Below are positions 37,657 through 50,429 of a stretch of DNA of 64,000 nt, in pieces. How positions within the stretch are numbered: the first letter of the stretch is position 1; each line of letters begins with the position of its first letter. The notes under the pieces were generated by a model, which worked only from the letters and a program-made list of their open reading frames with translations, was not told where the DNA came from and made no database searches. The position numbers were made by a program, and so were the translations under genes. Source of the DNA: Octopus sinensis (taxonomy: Eukaryota); contig NC_042997.1 of assembly GCF_006345805.1 (NCBI RefSeq), positions 37,572,001 to 37,636,000 of the forward strand, given 5' to 3'.

Positions 37657-38331
37657 GCTTATGCATTCCAAAACCAAGTTGCCGACTTTGACGTATAGGG
37701 TGTCAAAAGTTTCAGTACTATTTCCGCTACCAACTAAACTTTATTTTCGTTGACATATTTCCATTATAAAAATTCTAAATTATCTTTTCCATAACTCTTT
37801 TATCTGCATTATTAGATTTTACATCTCTAAACTATTTGCTAAAGACATTCTTTTTCCTACTAATCTGAATGAAAAGTTCATATTTCATAAGAATATTAAC
37901 TTTTAGTGTTTTACTATTATCTTTTTCAAGAATTTAATAATATTTATCTTGAGCATGTACTTCCTATACACTTGGTGTTTTAATGCTTGAATATGCTCAA
38001 AAGTAGGACGAATTATTTGTATAAGTAGAAAGGAAGTCCTTACACGAGATGTTATTTTTTTTAACATGATCCATTTTCATTATTTACATTATTTACATTA
38101 CCTACAATATCCGTCAAATGTAATTAATATAAATAACGTACGTAATTCCTCACCTCTTAAATATAGAACTATAAGATCCATTTTTGTTATAACTGATTGA
38201 CTTATAGCTTCTTTGTATATATGATGAGGATAACATTTTGGGCTACATTTTGAGGGCTTCAGTTTCTTTTGTTTATCATTACGGAATATGATATTGAAAG
38301 GTGACGTGGCGTGATGAATAGGTGTTCAAAT

Positions 38332-38716
38332 AGTGGAGGCGCAATGGCCCAGTGGTTAGAGCAGCGGACTCGTGGTCATAGGATCGCGGTTTCGATTCCC
38401 AGACTGGGCGTTGTGAGTGTTTATTGAGCGAAAACACCTAGAGCTCCATGAGGCTCCGGCAGGGGATGGTGGTGATCCCTGCTGTACTCTTTCACCACAA
38501 CTTTCTCTCACTCTTACTTCCTGTTTCTGTTGTACCTGTATTTCAAGGGGCCGGCCTTGTCACTCTCTGTGTCACGCTGAATATCCCCGAGAACTACGTT
38601 AAGGGTACACGTGTCTGTGGATTGCTCAGCCACTTACACGTTAATTTCACGAGCAGGCTGTTCCGTTGATTCGGATCAACTGGAACCCTCGTCGTCGTAA
38701 CCGACGGAGTGCTTCC
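38332..38716 (+). mobile_element. Full-length family-B SINE with 12-bp TSD
   Basis: TSD aggtgttcaaat at 38320-38331 and 38717-38728; near-identical to 5947-6332. Confidence 0.93.
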
Positions 38717-40109
38717 AGGTGTTCAAATGGTAATACATTTCCTGTTGATATACGAATCATGTATAAAGTTGGGAGAAATATCCACAAACACAACCTGTTG
38801 ACAGTATGCAGAATATTGACCAATCATGTCTTTTTTTATAGGTTATCGACCGGATGGAGTGCCGTCAGGAGCTGAATGTTTCATGTGATGAACGTCAACA
38901 ACTAATATAATAATAGACTCCTCATATTTGAACGCTGCTTTGGGGGCATTTTGTTTCCCGTTTTTGTGTAACATATCTTCTATGAATAAGGAAATAAGAT
39001 ATACAATGTTTATCTGAACCGATCTTGAATCACTTCTAACGCTTCTACTGATGATAGACTGTCGACATTACAGCTTACAGATAACTTATATTTAAAATTA
39101 TTATGATGTAGAATTTAATATGAATTAAGATTTGATTTATTGTCCAGTATATAGTATCCCAAATCATGATGCTTGTACGGATTCAGTACGTATATTTTCA
39201 GAAGTATTGTAAACAGATAGTCCGGCTGACATATTTTTTTAAATTATGGTATTCTATTATCTTGCCATTGTCTTTACTCTGATACCTATTGTACGTTTTC
39301 ATAAATATCGTAATATATTTAGCATTCTTTATGTGGTGAAGTAGGGCGATAAAGTAGTTGAGGAGGATATTCTCCTTTTGAAAATTCTATCACAGTATCA
39401 TCTGAAAATGGCAAAGTATCCAGATGATTTTTGCATTATAGATATTGTGGGTGCTAATATTTATATTTGTATCAAATGAATAAAGACTTACTTGTATATT
39501 TATTGTTGTAGGAGCTAGCTTATAAATTCTGATACTTTGTAATCAAGTAACATTGGATTTCCTTGCAAGCAACTAGGATAGCAGAATGTGATTCTAGCAA
39601 TCACGTGTGGAAAACGCTATCAAGTATCATTTAGAACTTCACCTTCTTGTGACATATCCTATTAAGCACCTTGGGGTACCCTTCTCATAGAAACTACAGG
39701 GAGAAATAATTAGAAGGGTAAAAGTTTAATAGGTGATCAAATAGGTTTTACTAATGATAATACTGACGGTAAGATATATTGTATTCCTATTTGATTATAT
39801 TTGGATATGATGTTTTATGATAAATTCTTATTATTATTGCAATTACTCGCAATCTGAAAGCAAGCCAGTTTTTATCTCAGAAACAAAGCTTGTTGATCGG
39901 AATTTCACAGCATAATTTAATTTAGTTAACCAAAATGAATGTATTTATGTATCTCTGTATGTTTGTTTTAATATCATGCCTCCCGTGAACACTATTAGTT
40001 ATATGAAACACAATCTAATTGTCATCCAGTATCATGAATATATGTATGTGTGTGTGGTTGTGTGTACATTTCCATGTGTATGGAAATGCGTATGGCAAGA
40101 TACAGGTTA

Positions 40110-40726
40110 GGCGGTGAGCTGGCAGAAACGTTAGCACGCCGGGCGAAATGCTTAGCGCTATTTCGTCTACCGCTACGTTCTGAGTTCTAATTCCGCCGAG
40201 GTCGACTTTGCCTTTCATCCTTTCGAGGTCGATAAATTAAGTACCAGATACGCACTGCGGTCGATGTAATCGACTTAATCCGTTTGTCTGTCCATGTTTG
40301 TCCTCTCTGTGTTTAGCCCCTTGTGGGTAGTACAGAAATAGGTATTTCGTCTGCCGCTACGTTCTGAGTTCAAATTCCGCCGAGGTCGACTTTGCCTTTC
40401 ATCCTTTTGCGGTCGATAAATTAAGTACCAGTTACGCACTGGGGTCGATATAATCAACTTAATCCGTTTTTCTGTCCTTGTTTGTCCTCTCTATGTTTAG
40501 CCCCTTGTGGGCAGTAACGAAATAAGAGACTTTAGCACGCCGGGCGAAATGCTTAGAGCTATGTCATCTGCCGCTACGTTCTGAGTTCAACTTTCGCTGA
40601 GGTCGACTTTGCCTTGCATCATTTCGGGGTCGATAAATTAACTACCAGTTACACGCTGGATCGATGTAATCGACTTAATCCCTTTGTCTGTCCTTGTTTG
40701 ACCCCTGTGTGCAATAAAGAAATAGG
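40110..40726 (+). mobile_element. Head-to-tail trimer of family-A SINEs
   Basis: Units at 40110-40342 (full head), ~40341-40530 and ~40531-40726 (5'-truncated). Further decayed copies at ~43925-44110, 48465-48890, 54480-54665 and 61420-61515 (-) and 60049-60258 (+). Confidence 0.92.
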
Positions 40727-40924
40727 ATACATGTTGCTGACGTTTATGCTGATTGTCTCTACTCGAACAGTATCAGATATTTAGAATATAACACCAAGTC
40801 CTACAAATGCTTATTACCATATGTTGATACTTTCTGACCCCTCGTTTCTCCAACATAAAATTAAAACTCGAACTTCTTAGATCATGAAATAGGTGTCGTC
40901 CCATTGATGTATTGTCGCAGTTTT

Positions 40925-41609
40925 TTATATAAATTTTCATCTGTCCTGCCCGCCAAATTTGGTTCTGGTGTTCGCTGAATTTTTCCTCTAGAGAATTCCC
41001 TTGTAGTTTGATCGTTGATGATCTGTTTCTAGCATGCGGCTGACTTCCTAGCAGTCAAGCCCTGCCAATATACACATATATTAGAATTTTCTCAGATTTT
41101 TTGTATGCTAGACTACTGGTTTTAAGTTGATATTAAAATTAATATGAATTTATCTCCCTCATTATTTAAATATTGAAATAAATACGTTCTCTAGTAGTAA
41201 GCACTAACCGCAGTGAATTATTTACTGCAGCCCTTCGCTTCAGGAATTTCTTAGCGCGCCAGAACCAAGACATTTGAAATTTTATCCCTAATGTAATCGG
41301 TAAAACTAAGCACGTGTCTGTCTTGGCACGGAAGGCTGGGGTAAGTTTTTCAGTTTACATTTACAATGAACGAATGCACTGATGAAGCACGGACATTTGA
41401 ATTATGTAAGTAATTCTTTTGTTAAAGGCCGAAACCGAGGTATGCAATTAATTCTGTTTATTATATAAATTTTCATCTGTCCTGCCCGCCAAATTTGGTT
41501 CTGGTGTTCGCTGAATTTTTCCTTTAGAGAATTCCTTTGTATTTTGATCGTTGATGATCTGTTTCTAGCATACGGCCGACTTCCTAGCAGTCAAGCCCTG
41601 CCAATATAC

Positions 41610-41610
<1 letters not shown>
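40925..41610 (+). repeat. 150-bp direct duplication (40925-41074 and 41461-41610)
   Basis: Five substitutions; both copies end in TA-rich sequence. Confidence 0.92.
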
Positions 41611-41656
<46 letters not shown>

Positions 41657-41728
41657 GTGTGTGTGTGTGTGTATAAATATATATCTATATATATAAATAT
41701 ATATATGTATGTATACATATATTTATAA

Positions 41729-41788
<60 letters not shown>

Positions 41789-41833
41789 TTGTGTGTGTGT
41801 GTGTTTGTGTGTGTGTGTATCTATATACACACA

Positions 41834-42370
41834 CTGAAATCAGAAGTGGGAGGTAGAATCTTGAAGATGACCCAAGACCTGGTCGTTTTGAAACTGCCAC
41901 CACCGAGTAAAACATCGATCATGTTCACCATATGGTGATGGATGGCAGCCAATGCTATCAACATGTCTTGTGAAAGAGTTGAGAATACTCTGCGCAATGG
42001 AATTGGCATGACGAATTTTTTGGGCTGTATGTGTGCCATGTCTTCCTATACCCGTTCAAAAACGCACGAGACTGATCCCATCACGGGAAAACCTGACGTC
42101 ATATAGTTCCCTTAAATGTTTCCTGAAACAAGAGGAGTTTTGACTTCATCACTTTGAGCCAGAGAGAAAGAGACAATCTACGCAGTGGAAATACCTCTCC
42201 TCACTTGCACCAAAAAAGGCTGAGTTCGTTTCATCTGCAAGGTGGGGGAGGTTTTTGTGAGGGTATTGTGATGCAAAAGCACTGTATTTACTATCTTCAA
42301 AAGAGCCACACTATCACTGGTATTATGCCAACTTGTTGAAACAGTTACAAAAGTCTGTCAACAACCAAGC
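41834..42370 (+). pseudogene. Mariner transposase remnant (middle part)
   Basis: LEDDPRPGR..TATTE*NIDHVHHMVMD, ERVENTLRN, QKRTRLIPSRENLT, HHFEPERKRQSTQWK, APKKA, YLQKSHTITG, YYANLLKQL; many lesions. Confidence 0.85.
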
Positions 42371-44369
42371 TGGTGACTTTTTCACCAAGATGGAAGGGTG
42401 GCAATGTCCTATGATAATCAACGTTTGGTTACTTTCCATGAGAATACCTTGGTTAGCCTATGGACTTTTTACCCTAACCTCATTCAATGTTATGTGTAGC
42501 ATTAGATTTCCTAGAATAACTCATGTAATGCTGTTATCAGAAGAAAACAAAATGGACATCATAACAAAATATTTATCTCATATATATAATGTCACTGCTT
42601 TCTGTATTTATTTGTACCGTTGATTACAGCAGCATTCCATATGTTTATTGTTAAAAGTAGTTTTCAGCCTATCATGTTTAGAGAAAATATGATAAATAAA
42701 GATCAGCTAATACCTTGAGCAAATGGATGTCACTTTTTATATAAATAACCGATTTTTGAAGAAAATAAGCTGCTCTTATACTATTAGATAAGTAATTTCT
42801 TTTATAACAAAGTAGAAATTACACAATTAAACTTTTTATTTTCTAAAGGAAGAAAACACAAGATATATGCATACTATGATTCATAAAACGTAATCGTGGT
42901 TGTGATTTCTAAACTGTTTCCCATATAACTATTTCTCCATGACAGAGGAATAACCTCTCTAGATGGCGGTATACATGTTTATAGTTGGAAAATATATGCT
43001 TGAGGAATATTCGTAACCTCAGTCAATTTGACCAACCGAAATATATTGCCGGCATTTAAACAATCAAGCCTTGGAGGATAAAAGAATGAGTCTATCCTGA
43101 CAGAACTATAACTTGCACGTTTTTACTACGTATTCCGTTGTTCTTTCAACCGATCAAGTAACCATCCTATTAACAATGAAGATGGAGTAACACAACTTGA
43201 TCCATATCACTGCAATTTCGCTTTGTTAAGTATCGTACAGATTCATTTTGACAGTGGTTTCACTTTAAATGTATTGATTTGGTAGAAGCAAGAGAAAAGT
43301 TAAATCCAAATGCTGTTCAAGAAATTTGTTTTCTCAAAGTTTGTATATTATCGAGGGAGAAAAAAAGTGACAACATCAACAAAATGTGCAACAGCAGCAG
43401 TGTCAGAAATCGATGAAAATAAATGCAGTAGTCCTTATCGCATGATAGCCTAATACAGAATTCCTAACATTTTAGGATCTTTTCTAACTATAAACATGGA
43501 TATAACAGTCTTGGCAGAGATGATTCATCTGTTATGGAGAAATAGTTATATGAGAAATAGTTTACAACTCACTCTCTTGACTACGTTTTATGAAACATAT
43601 TTCAAATAACAATATATTTTTCGATACACGTGCAGTAACATGTTGCCGGATATAGAAAAGAAACAGAGACAAAAAGAAGCCATAAACATACAGAATATTT
43701 TGTTTTACGTCATAAAAATTTAGAAACTTTGAGATACATGAAATATATCGTTTGGCTTTTTTTTTAGTGATAGAATTCGAAATAGAGAACGCTATTAATA
43801 ATAGCTTGGAAATATTGGGTAAAGAAAAGTAACTTGATGTTATAAATTAAGAACACAAAAATATGTGGTATGTTTCATTGGTCTACTTTTCACCATCTTA
43901 TAACTAATTAATTCAAGCCTAAGTCCGGAAATGTGGGGGAATATCTAGTTGAAAGGATGGACCCCAGTACTATACAGTTACTTTATCTTATCGACACCCC
44001 AATGTATGAAAGTCAAATTTGTTTATGGCAAGATCCGAATAAAGAACATGAATTGTCGGTATAAATACCACAATATATTTTTCCAATGCGCTAAAGATTC
44101 TGCCAACTCGACTTCTTTAACTATTTAATAATATAAATGTAATCTAACAGAACGGAAAGAAAAGTGTCCAGAAGAACTATTAACGAATGTATTAGAAGTA
44201 ACCACAGTGTACGTCAAATGCTAATAATATCTAAGCTAATGGAAATAAATATTTGAACATAATCTATTCTTTTTATTATATTGGGAAATTGATATTAAAA
44301 ATTCATGAAGTACTTGTTTAAGAAACTCAAGGATATTATTCTTAGTTTGTGAATCTCAAGGTAAGGAAT

Positions 44370-44640
44370 TCTTCTGAAATCGTTTCCTATAATGCTACCA
44401 CTCCTAAATTCAGCTGCACTGTTGATAAAGCTGGAGTCTCATTTCCTAATGTTGTAACCATGTTAGCATGAATATCCTTCGGTGCTACACCGTTTTCCGA
44501 AGATAATTGATAGCAGCACGATGCCAAGTTCTGTCGATTTTCAAGAGAAGTCGCAACAAGTTACATTTGAGGTCTTCTTTGAACAGTCAAATGTCAGTTT
44601 ACTGGGAACGAAACAATGCAGTTATTAATAAGAAGCACTG
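44370..44640 (-). pseudogene. Mariner 5' UTR and N-terminal transposase remnant
   Basis: Minus strand gives WHRAAINYLRK, GVAPKDIHANMVTTLGNETPALSTVQ and AEFRSG. Confidence 0.78.
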
Positions 44641-45559
44641 AAATTAATGCATTCAAGACTTCACAGCTCTTCTCTCGCCATTTTATCAACATTTCAACCC
44701 ACCCTCCTATGTTAATCGACATAACTTACGACGTTAAAGTGATCAGGGTATAATTTGAGGTATATTTTCCTTTCTCCCAAATCTGTCGTAAAACTACATT
44801 CGCCCTTTTTTGGTAAGCAGTTTATTTGATACATGTTATATTATTTGGTGTTGGTGTTAAATGTTTGATATGCAGTAGTTCAAAAATAAGTTTCATTATG
44901 TAATATTCAAATATTCAAAACACAAAAATGAAATACTAGAGGGAAAATAATTCATCAATGTTAACTACCCGAGAAAGCAGACGATATATTTCAATTTTGT
45001 GGATGTAATCAACACATTGTAAAACTGACAAGTTTAAAACCCGGTTCTTTTTCTGAGTTAGCTTTCTCGATTTTACATACATAGTCTCAATATTTTTGGG
45101 TTTATATATTTGTATATGTCAATATATACAAGCTAAGAATTTTCTATCTCAGCACAGAGCCATTTCGGATTGCGGTCACTGACCTTTCAGATTAATTTCG
45201 TCTTGTCACACATAGATTCCTGCGTAGTCCTTTGGAATTGAATATTCAATCGCTAATGTATGTTTAAGCTCGCAAAGCTGGAAAATGGAGTGGGGTAGCA
45301 TGGCCCGTTGTTGTTAACTGTTTTGGCTATTTTAGCTTTTGACATATTGTTATATTTGTGCGTGGGGGTCTACTTATCTCACTTCTTTAACCCTTGCTTC
45401 AATTTTGTCACTCTTTTCGTTTTTCTTTCTTTTTATTTTTTGTCCTTTTTCTTTTTCTCTTTCTTCCTCTCATTTTCTCTTCCTGTCTTCATTTTGCCCT
45501 ATCGCCTCATTCTAATCGTACACATCTACCCACCTCCATCTAGCCACAGATACTACCAA

Positions 45560-45940
45560 TACATTCTCAAATTTTCATTCACACCACCATATCCCTTCGA
45601 ATAAGCAACACAGAATCCACAGCCCATACTTTGAAATGACTAAACATGAACTACTATTGGAACCTACATGCCATGTACAGGAAACTTTTTTACCACTTCT
45701 ATACACCACTTTACTCGAATAATGGAACTGCAACTAGAATCTTTTATATTTTATTTCTACTTTCATTCTCTTAATTCCCTCTATATTCCCTATTTCCTCC
45801 TTTTCCATAATAATTCTTTATTCCTAACTGAAGTATTTACCTCGATTTAACCATCTCATATTGTCTCTGATAAAGGGATATTTATAATATCCCACAAAGA
45901 GCTGAAAACTCCTCTCAGCCTTGTCTTTGTTTTCTCTCTT
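45560..45940 (+). mobile_element. pLTR-like repeat end with a decayed hammerhead (45862-45910)
   Basis: gtct CTGATAA a GGGATA-tttataa-TATCCC acaaagagctg. The GAAACAGCTGTA form of this helix III is seen on the minus strand at ~18082-18098. Confidence 0.45.
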
Positions 45941-45971
45941 TGTCTAATATATATATATATATATATATATA

Positions 45972-46150
45972 GGGAGAATTCACGCAAAAAAAACAAAAGA
46001 TGAAGACAGGTGTAGAAAACAAACAGATGTATTAGTATAACCCTCGAGAATTGAAAAAGTCTTTAACGTTTCGAGCCTACGCTCTTCCACAGAAAGGAAC
46101 ACAGAAAGAAACAGGGAGAGAAAAAATATATGTAGTGGCTACCAATCTAT
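45972..46150 (-). mobile_element. Third copy of the CTGTNGA hammerhead-like repeat (motif 46061-46096)
   Basis: Minus strand reads cttt CTGTGGA a gagc-gtag-gctc GAA ACGT T aaag. Confidence 0.75.
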
Positions 46151-46169
46151 CATGTCGAATATATACATA

Positions 46170-46587
46170 TGCTATCTGACATAAACCCACCGATCCGTTA
46201 ACTGAATGACAGAGCCTATAGATAGGGAATTTTATAAGAAAATTTTCATGCCGGAGACAGTCGAAATCGTTGGTAATGTGGAGGATAACGTCTTTCACTA
46301 GATTTCTTCAAGGTGAGAGATCACTTGTGTGTAACGGTGGTGACGTGATTTGTAGATCTGACATTACAAATATGTATGTACACACACATACATAGATTCA
46401 CAAATCACGTCACCACCGTTACACACAAGTGATCTCTCATCTTGAAGAAATTTAGTGAAAGACGTTATCCTCCACATTACCAACGATTTCGACTGTCTCT
46501 GGCATGAGAAGTTTCTTACAGAATTCCCTATCTATGTGCTCTAACTGCCATTCAGTTAGAGGACCAATGGTTTTATGTCAGATAGCA
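46170..46587. repeat. ~420-bp foldback with ~185-bp arms
   Basis: 46170-46353 versus the reverse complement of 46400-46587; the inner ~105 bp differ at 3 positions. Confidence 0.95.
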
Positions 46588-46824
46588 CAACTATTTGTTA
46601 ACTGGGATTTTTCTACTTTTCGAGTTATAAACTCTGGCATTCCCAGTGCTCGTTTTGTTCCTCAACATCTTCATTTTGCTATCAATAACATCCTACAACA
46701 TCCATTATTTCGCCCATTAACTAGCACACATTCCTTATAAATAAAACTCAGCTCCCATATGCTACAATATACTAATTCCATCAAGAGAGACCGTAAAGGT
46801 ATGGTCCATTGAACATATTTCAGT

Positions 46825-46866
<42 letters not shown>

Positions 46867-46924
46867 CTCTCTCCACACGAAGAAATCACAAACACTTCTT
46901 ATATGAACAAAATCTTATTGCATC

Positions 46925-47150
46925 ACACGTCATTAAGTATGGGCAGTATTCACCTACAACGCTCAGAATCACTCCAGTTGTTGGCTCTTAGTATCACCGC
47001 GGGTCTCTCCTGCTAATTGCACATATTCCCCATAGCTAAGACGGTATCACAACGCCTAGATCTTCTCTTCAGGATCAGAAGATTGTTAAGCCTCCAATTG
47101 TTATTCATACTATGCTAACCTCAGACGAACCCAATGTAAATTATAACACT
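46925..47150 (+). pseudogene. LINE RT C-terminal remnant (CR1/L2-group-like)
   Basis: SLQLLALSITAGLSC*LHIFPIAKTVSQRLDLLFRIRRLLSLQLLFILC*PQ resembles LLG..I...LSW..HI..IAK.AS.KLG.LFR. Confidence 0.6.
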
Positions 47151-47702
47151 CATCGGCGATACGATGCTACTGTTGCTATTGCTAGGGCTGTTGCTACTGC
47201 TTCTGCTACTGCTGCTTTCAGAGACATCCAACACAAGAGCCAGAAAATTATCTCGCAACTCATTGTCAAAAATTAGTCAGACACTTTCCTAAGCCGGTGA
47301 AATTGATGCCGTTAATACCATACTGGTACCTCCAAAAGAAAGTACCTGAAGGCAAAATAGGATCAATTGGAAGATTTTAGAGGCTTAACGTTCCGAGAAA
47401 AAAAAAAACGGTTAAGGGTATCAAAAGTACGAATTCGAATGTGTACTTAGCATAAGAATGACAGATCAGTTGGATAGCAATGCTTGCGCGAGGTATCATG
47501 ATGCCAGCCACCTCCGATGAGTATTGACAATTAGAGTATCGGCGAGGGAGGCAGAATGAAGGAGGAGAATCAAACATATACACACACCCCTACATACACA
47601 CAGAGTGGGATTAACATATGGAAGTCTGTATCATATATATCAAGGTATTTTGTCCGGTGTTGTAAACGTTATTTTAATCCACAAATACATGTGCGTGTAT
47701 GC

Positions 47703-47855
<153 letters not shown>

Positions 47856-49583
47856 GTGTGTGTCTTGTAAATATCTATTTACAAATGCACACTCACACAT
47901 GTACACACATGTGGGTGTGCAGGTATACATAATACATCATACAGTCATGCTTTTTGCTGTTCTCCACAAGTCAGTAGCACAAGAACTCACTCAGATTCAA
48001 TTCAATTAAATTCACTGAAAATTTTTTAAGTTTCTTTATTTTTTTCTCTCCTGTTTGAAGTCTTTTGAAGTTAGGAGAAAAATTAACATCACTTGTAAGT
48101 ACTTAATATTTTATCTACAAAATTTTTCATTTTGGAACGCTAAACAAGTACACATCTCATATCTCCAGCATACGTACGCTCGCTCTTACATACACGGGCG
48201 AGTGCGTACGCCACACACGCACTCTATACACACGGTGAAGGAATTTTCCAAGATTCTCAGTGCAAATGACTGACAATTGTTCCCATATATTCTCATAAAA
48301 ACAATAAGTTGAAGATGATATTAAGCAGCGCGCATTTTGATGTTGACTAACAAACGTTCTTTTTTTTTTCTTTTACTTTTTAGAAGGAAATCCTTAAGAC
48401 AATTTTCAGCATAGTATTGCTTTTGTCTAACTTAATAGTGAAAATAAAAATTACGGTTTCAAATTTTGGCACAAAACCAGCAATTCCGAGTCATGGAGTA
48501 AGTCGATTTATTGAACCCCAGTCTTCAACTACCATTTATTTTATAGACTCCGAAAGAATGGAAAAGTCGACCCTAGCGGAATTCAGACGAAATGACGGAA
48601 CGAATTTTCATCAGCTAACGATTGTGCCTGATCATGGTCTTCATAGTAATAATCCTTTCTGCTATAAGTACAAGGCCTGAAGTTTGGGGGAGGGGTAAGT
48701 CGATTGCATCGACCCCAGTACTCAATTGATAGTTTATTTATCGACACCGAAATGATGAAAGGCAAAGTCGACCCAGGTGGAATTTAAGCTCAAAAACGTC
48801 AAGACAGACGAAATGGTCAACTTTGAATGGCAAAGTCGACCTCACCGGAATTTGAACTCAGAACGGAGCGACAAGAGAAATGTCGCTAATTTTCATGAGT
48901 CAAGTGAATTCCATCAGGAATCAAAACAGAATTTTTTTATACAGAAGGTGGGACATGTAGAGATTCCCGTTTGGTGTACGCGGCAGAATATACGAAACAC
49001 AACTTGATTTATGTTAGTTGTAAAACATAACAATTAAACAAAATATTCAGTGGGCAAAGTCTTTGCGTCAGGCGCAATGACAGTAGTTCGACAGACCTTG
49101 CTGAACATTTTGTTTTAAACGGCTGCAATTTTGAAAAATTCTTGCAAGTGCACATTCTCAGAAAATATTCTGAATCTGCTTGACGTTCACTTTTCAAATT
49201 AAATGAGGAGAAAAATGTTTACGGGTTATTAACATCAGGCCCTGGAGGAATGAAGAAAATGACAGGAGAATAACATCAAATTTATACAAAACTGTTTGAT
49301 CAAATATTCTTTTTCCTTTTCTTTTTTCTTTCCTCTTCTTCTATATTTTTTCCTGTCTTTTCCTTTTTTGCCTTTTATAAAATTGAAACTTAAAACATAA
49401 TGATGCCATTCCATCAACGTATGGATGACGGTTGCTCGCGTTTATACTTTAAAATTTAATTTCTATAATTTTGAATTTGTATCACTTCTTATTTTGAACT
49501 CGACAAAGACAGGCTTGCTGTCGAAATATCGTTCAACCAATAAAATATCTATAGCAATCGCATCGAGCTCTTCGTCTTGTCTA

Positions 49584-49624
49584 ATAATAATAATAATAAT
49601 AATATAATAATAATAATAATAATA

Positions 49625-49668
<44 letters not shown>

Positions 49669-49710
49669 TAATAATAATAATAATAATATAATAATAATAA
49701 TAATATAATA

Positions 49711-49754
<44 letters not shown>

Positions 49755-49882
49755 TATAATAATAATAATAATAATATAATAATAATAATAACAACAACAA
49801 CAACAACAACAACAATAACAACAACAACAACAATAATAATAATAATAATAATAATAATGATAATAATAATAATAATAATAAT
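49584..49882. repeat. (TAA)n/(CAA)n microsatellite
   Basis: Directly visible. Confidence 0.97.
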
Positions 49883-50429
49883 AAAGAATTTCTCTTGTTT
49901 TAATAGCCTCATTCATTCAAACCGATCTATTCTCTAAAATGATTCTTTGTTTATTTTGCCCCTAAATTGACTAACCTTATTTCTTGGCTACCTGTATAAA
50001 CATGTTTCGTATTTCTCTCTAATATAATTCTTTTTTGCATGCTCTGCTCCCTAAAATGACTCTCTCTAGTCAGTGGTTACGCCCACCCTTTCTTACCCCA
50101 CCATCAATACCGGAAATCTCGTTTCTCTTACTGAGCATCCAGTTGCCCTTCCCCTCTCTCCTCTTATAATGGTAATCTCGCCGCCCTTTCCTTTCTCCCC
50201 CCCCCCATCTCTAGACTAACTAAACCAGATAGCAGCCCACTTACCCTTTCTCTCTTTTCTTTTTAACATTTATATCTGCAGCATCAGTAATTCTCACATC
50301 CACAATGCTCATAACGTTTATATTTACAACGCCCATGCACTTTCATATACAATGCATCCTTATTTCCCCACCTCAGTAGAGGCAACAACCTTAACAATTC
50401 TAATATGTTTGAATGACGATAGGTTAAAA

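Noticed and set aside
44341-44470. Plus-strand donor CAAG|GTAAGG and a short ORF at 44.35-44.47 kb
   Set aside because: The region is the antisense of a mariner remnant.
46170-46587. A-to-I editing footprint fixed in the foldback arms
   Set aside because: The three inner mismatches are all G-U on the plus strand, but over the full arms I count about 7 G-U versus 5 A-C, which shows no convincing bias.
39320-47346. Minus-strand exon-like segments (39401->39320 xDTVIEFSKGEYPPQLLYRPTSPHKEC*, 47346->47268 GTFFWRYQYGINGINFTGLGKCLTNF*; also 26264, 12178, 4643, 544 and 63945)
   Set aside because: Good acceptors but weak or absent donors, no consistent chain and no recognised homology. Such hits are expected by chance in AT-rich DNA.
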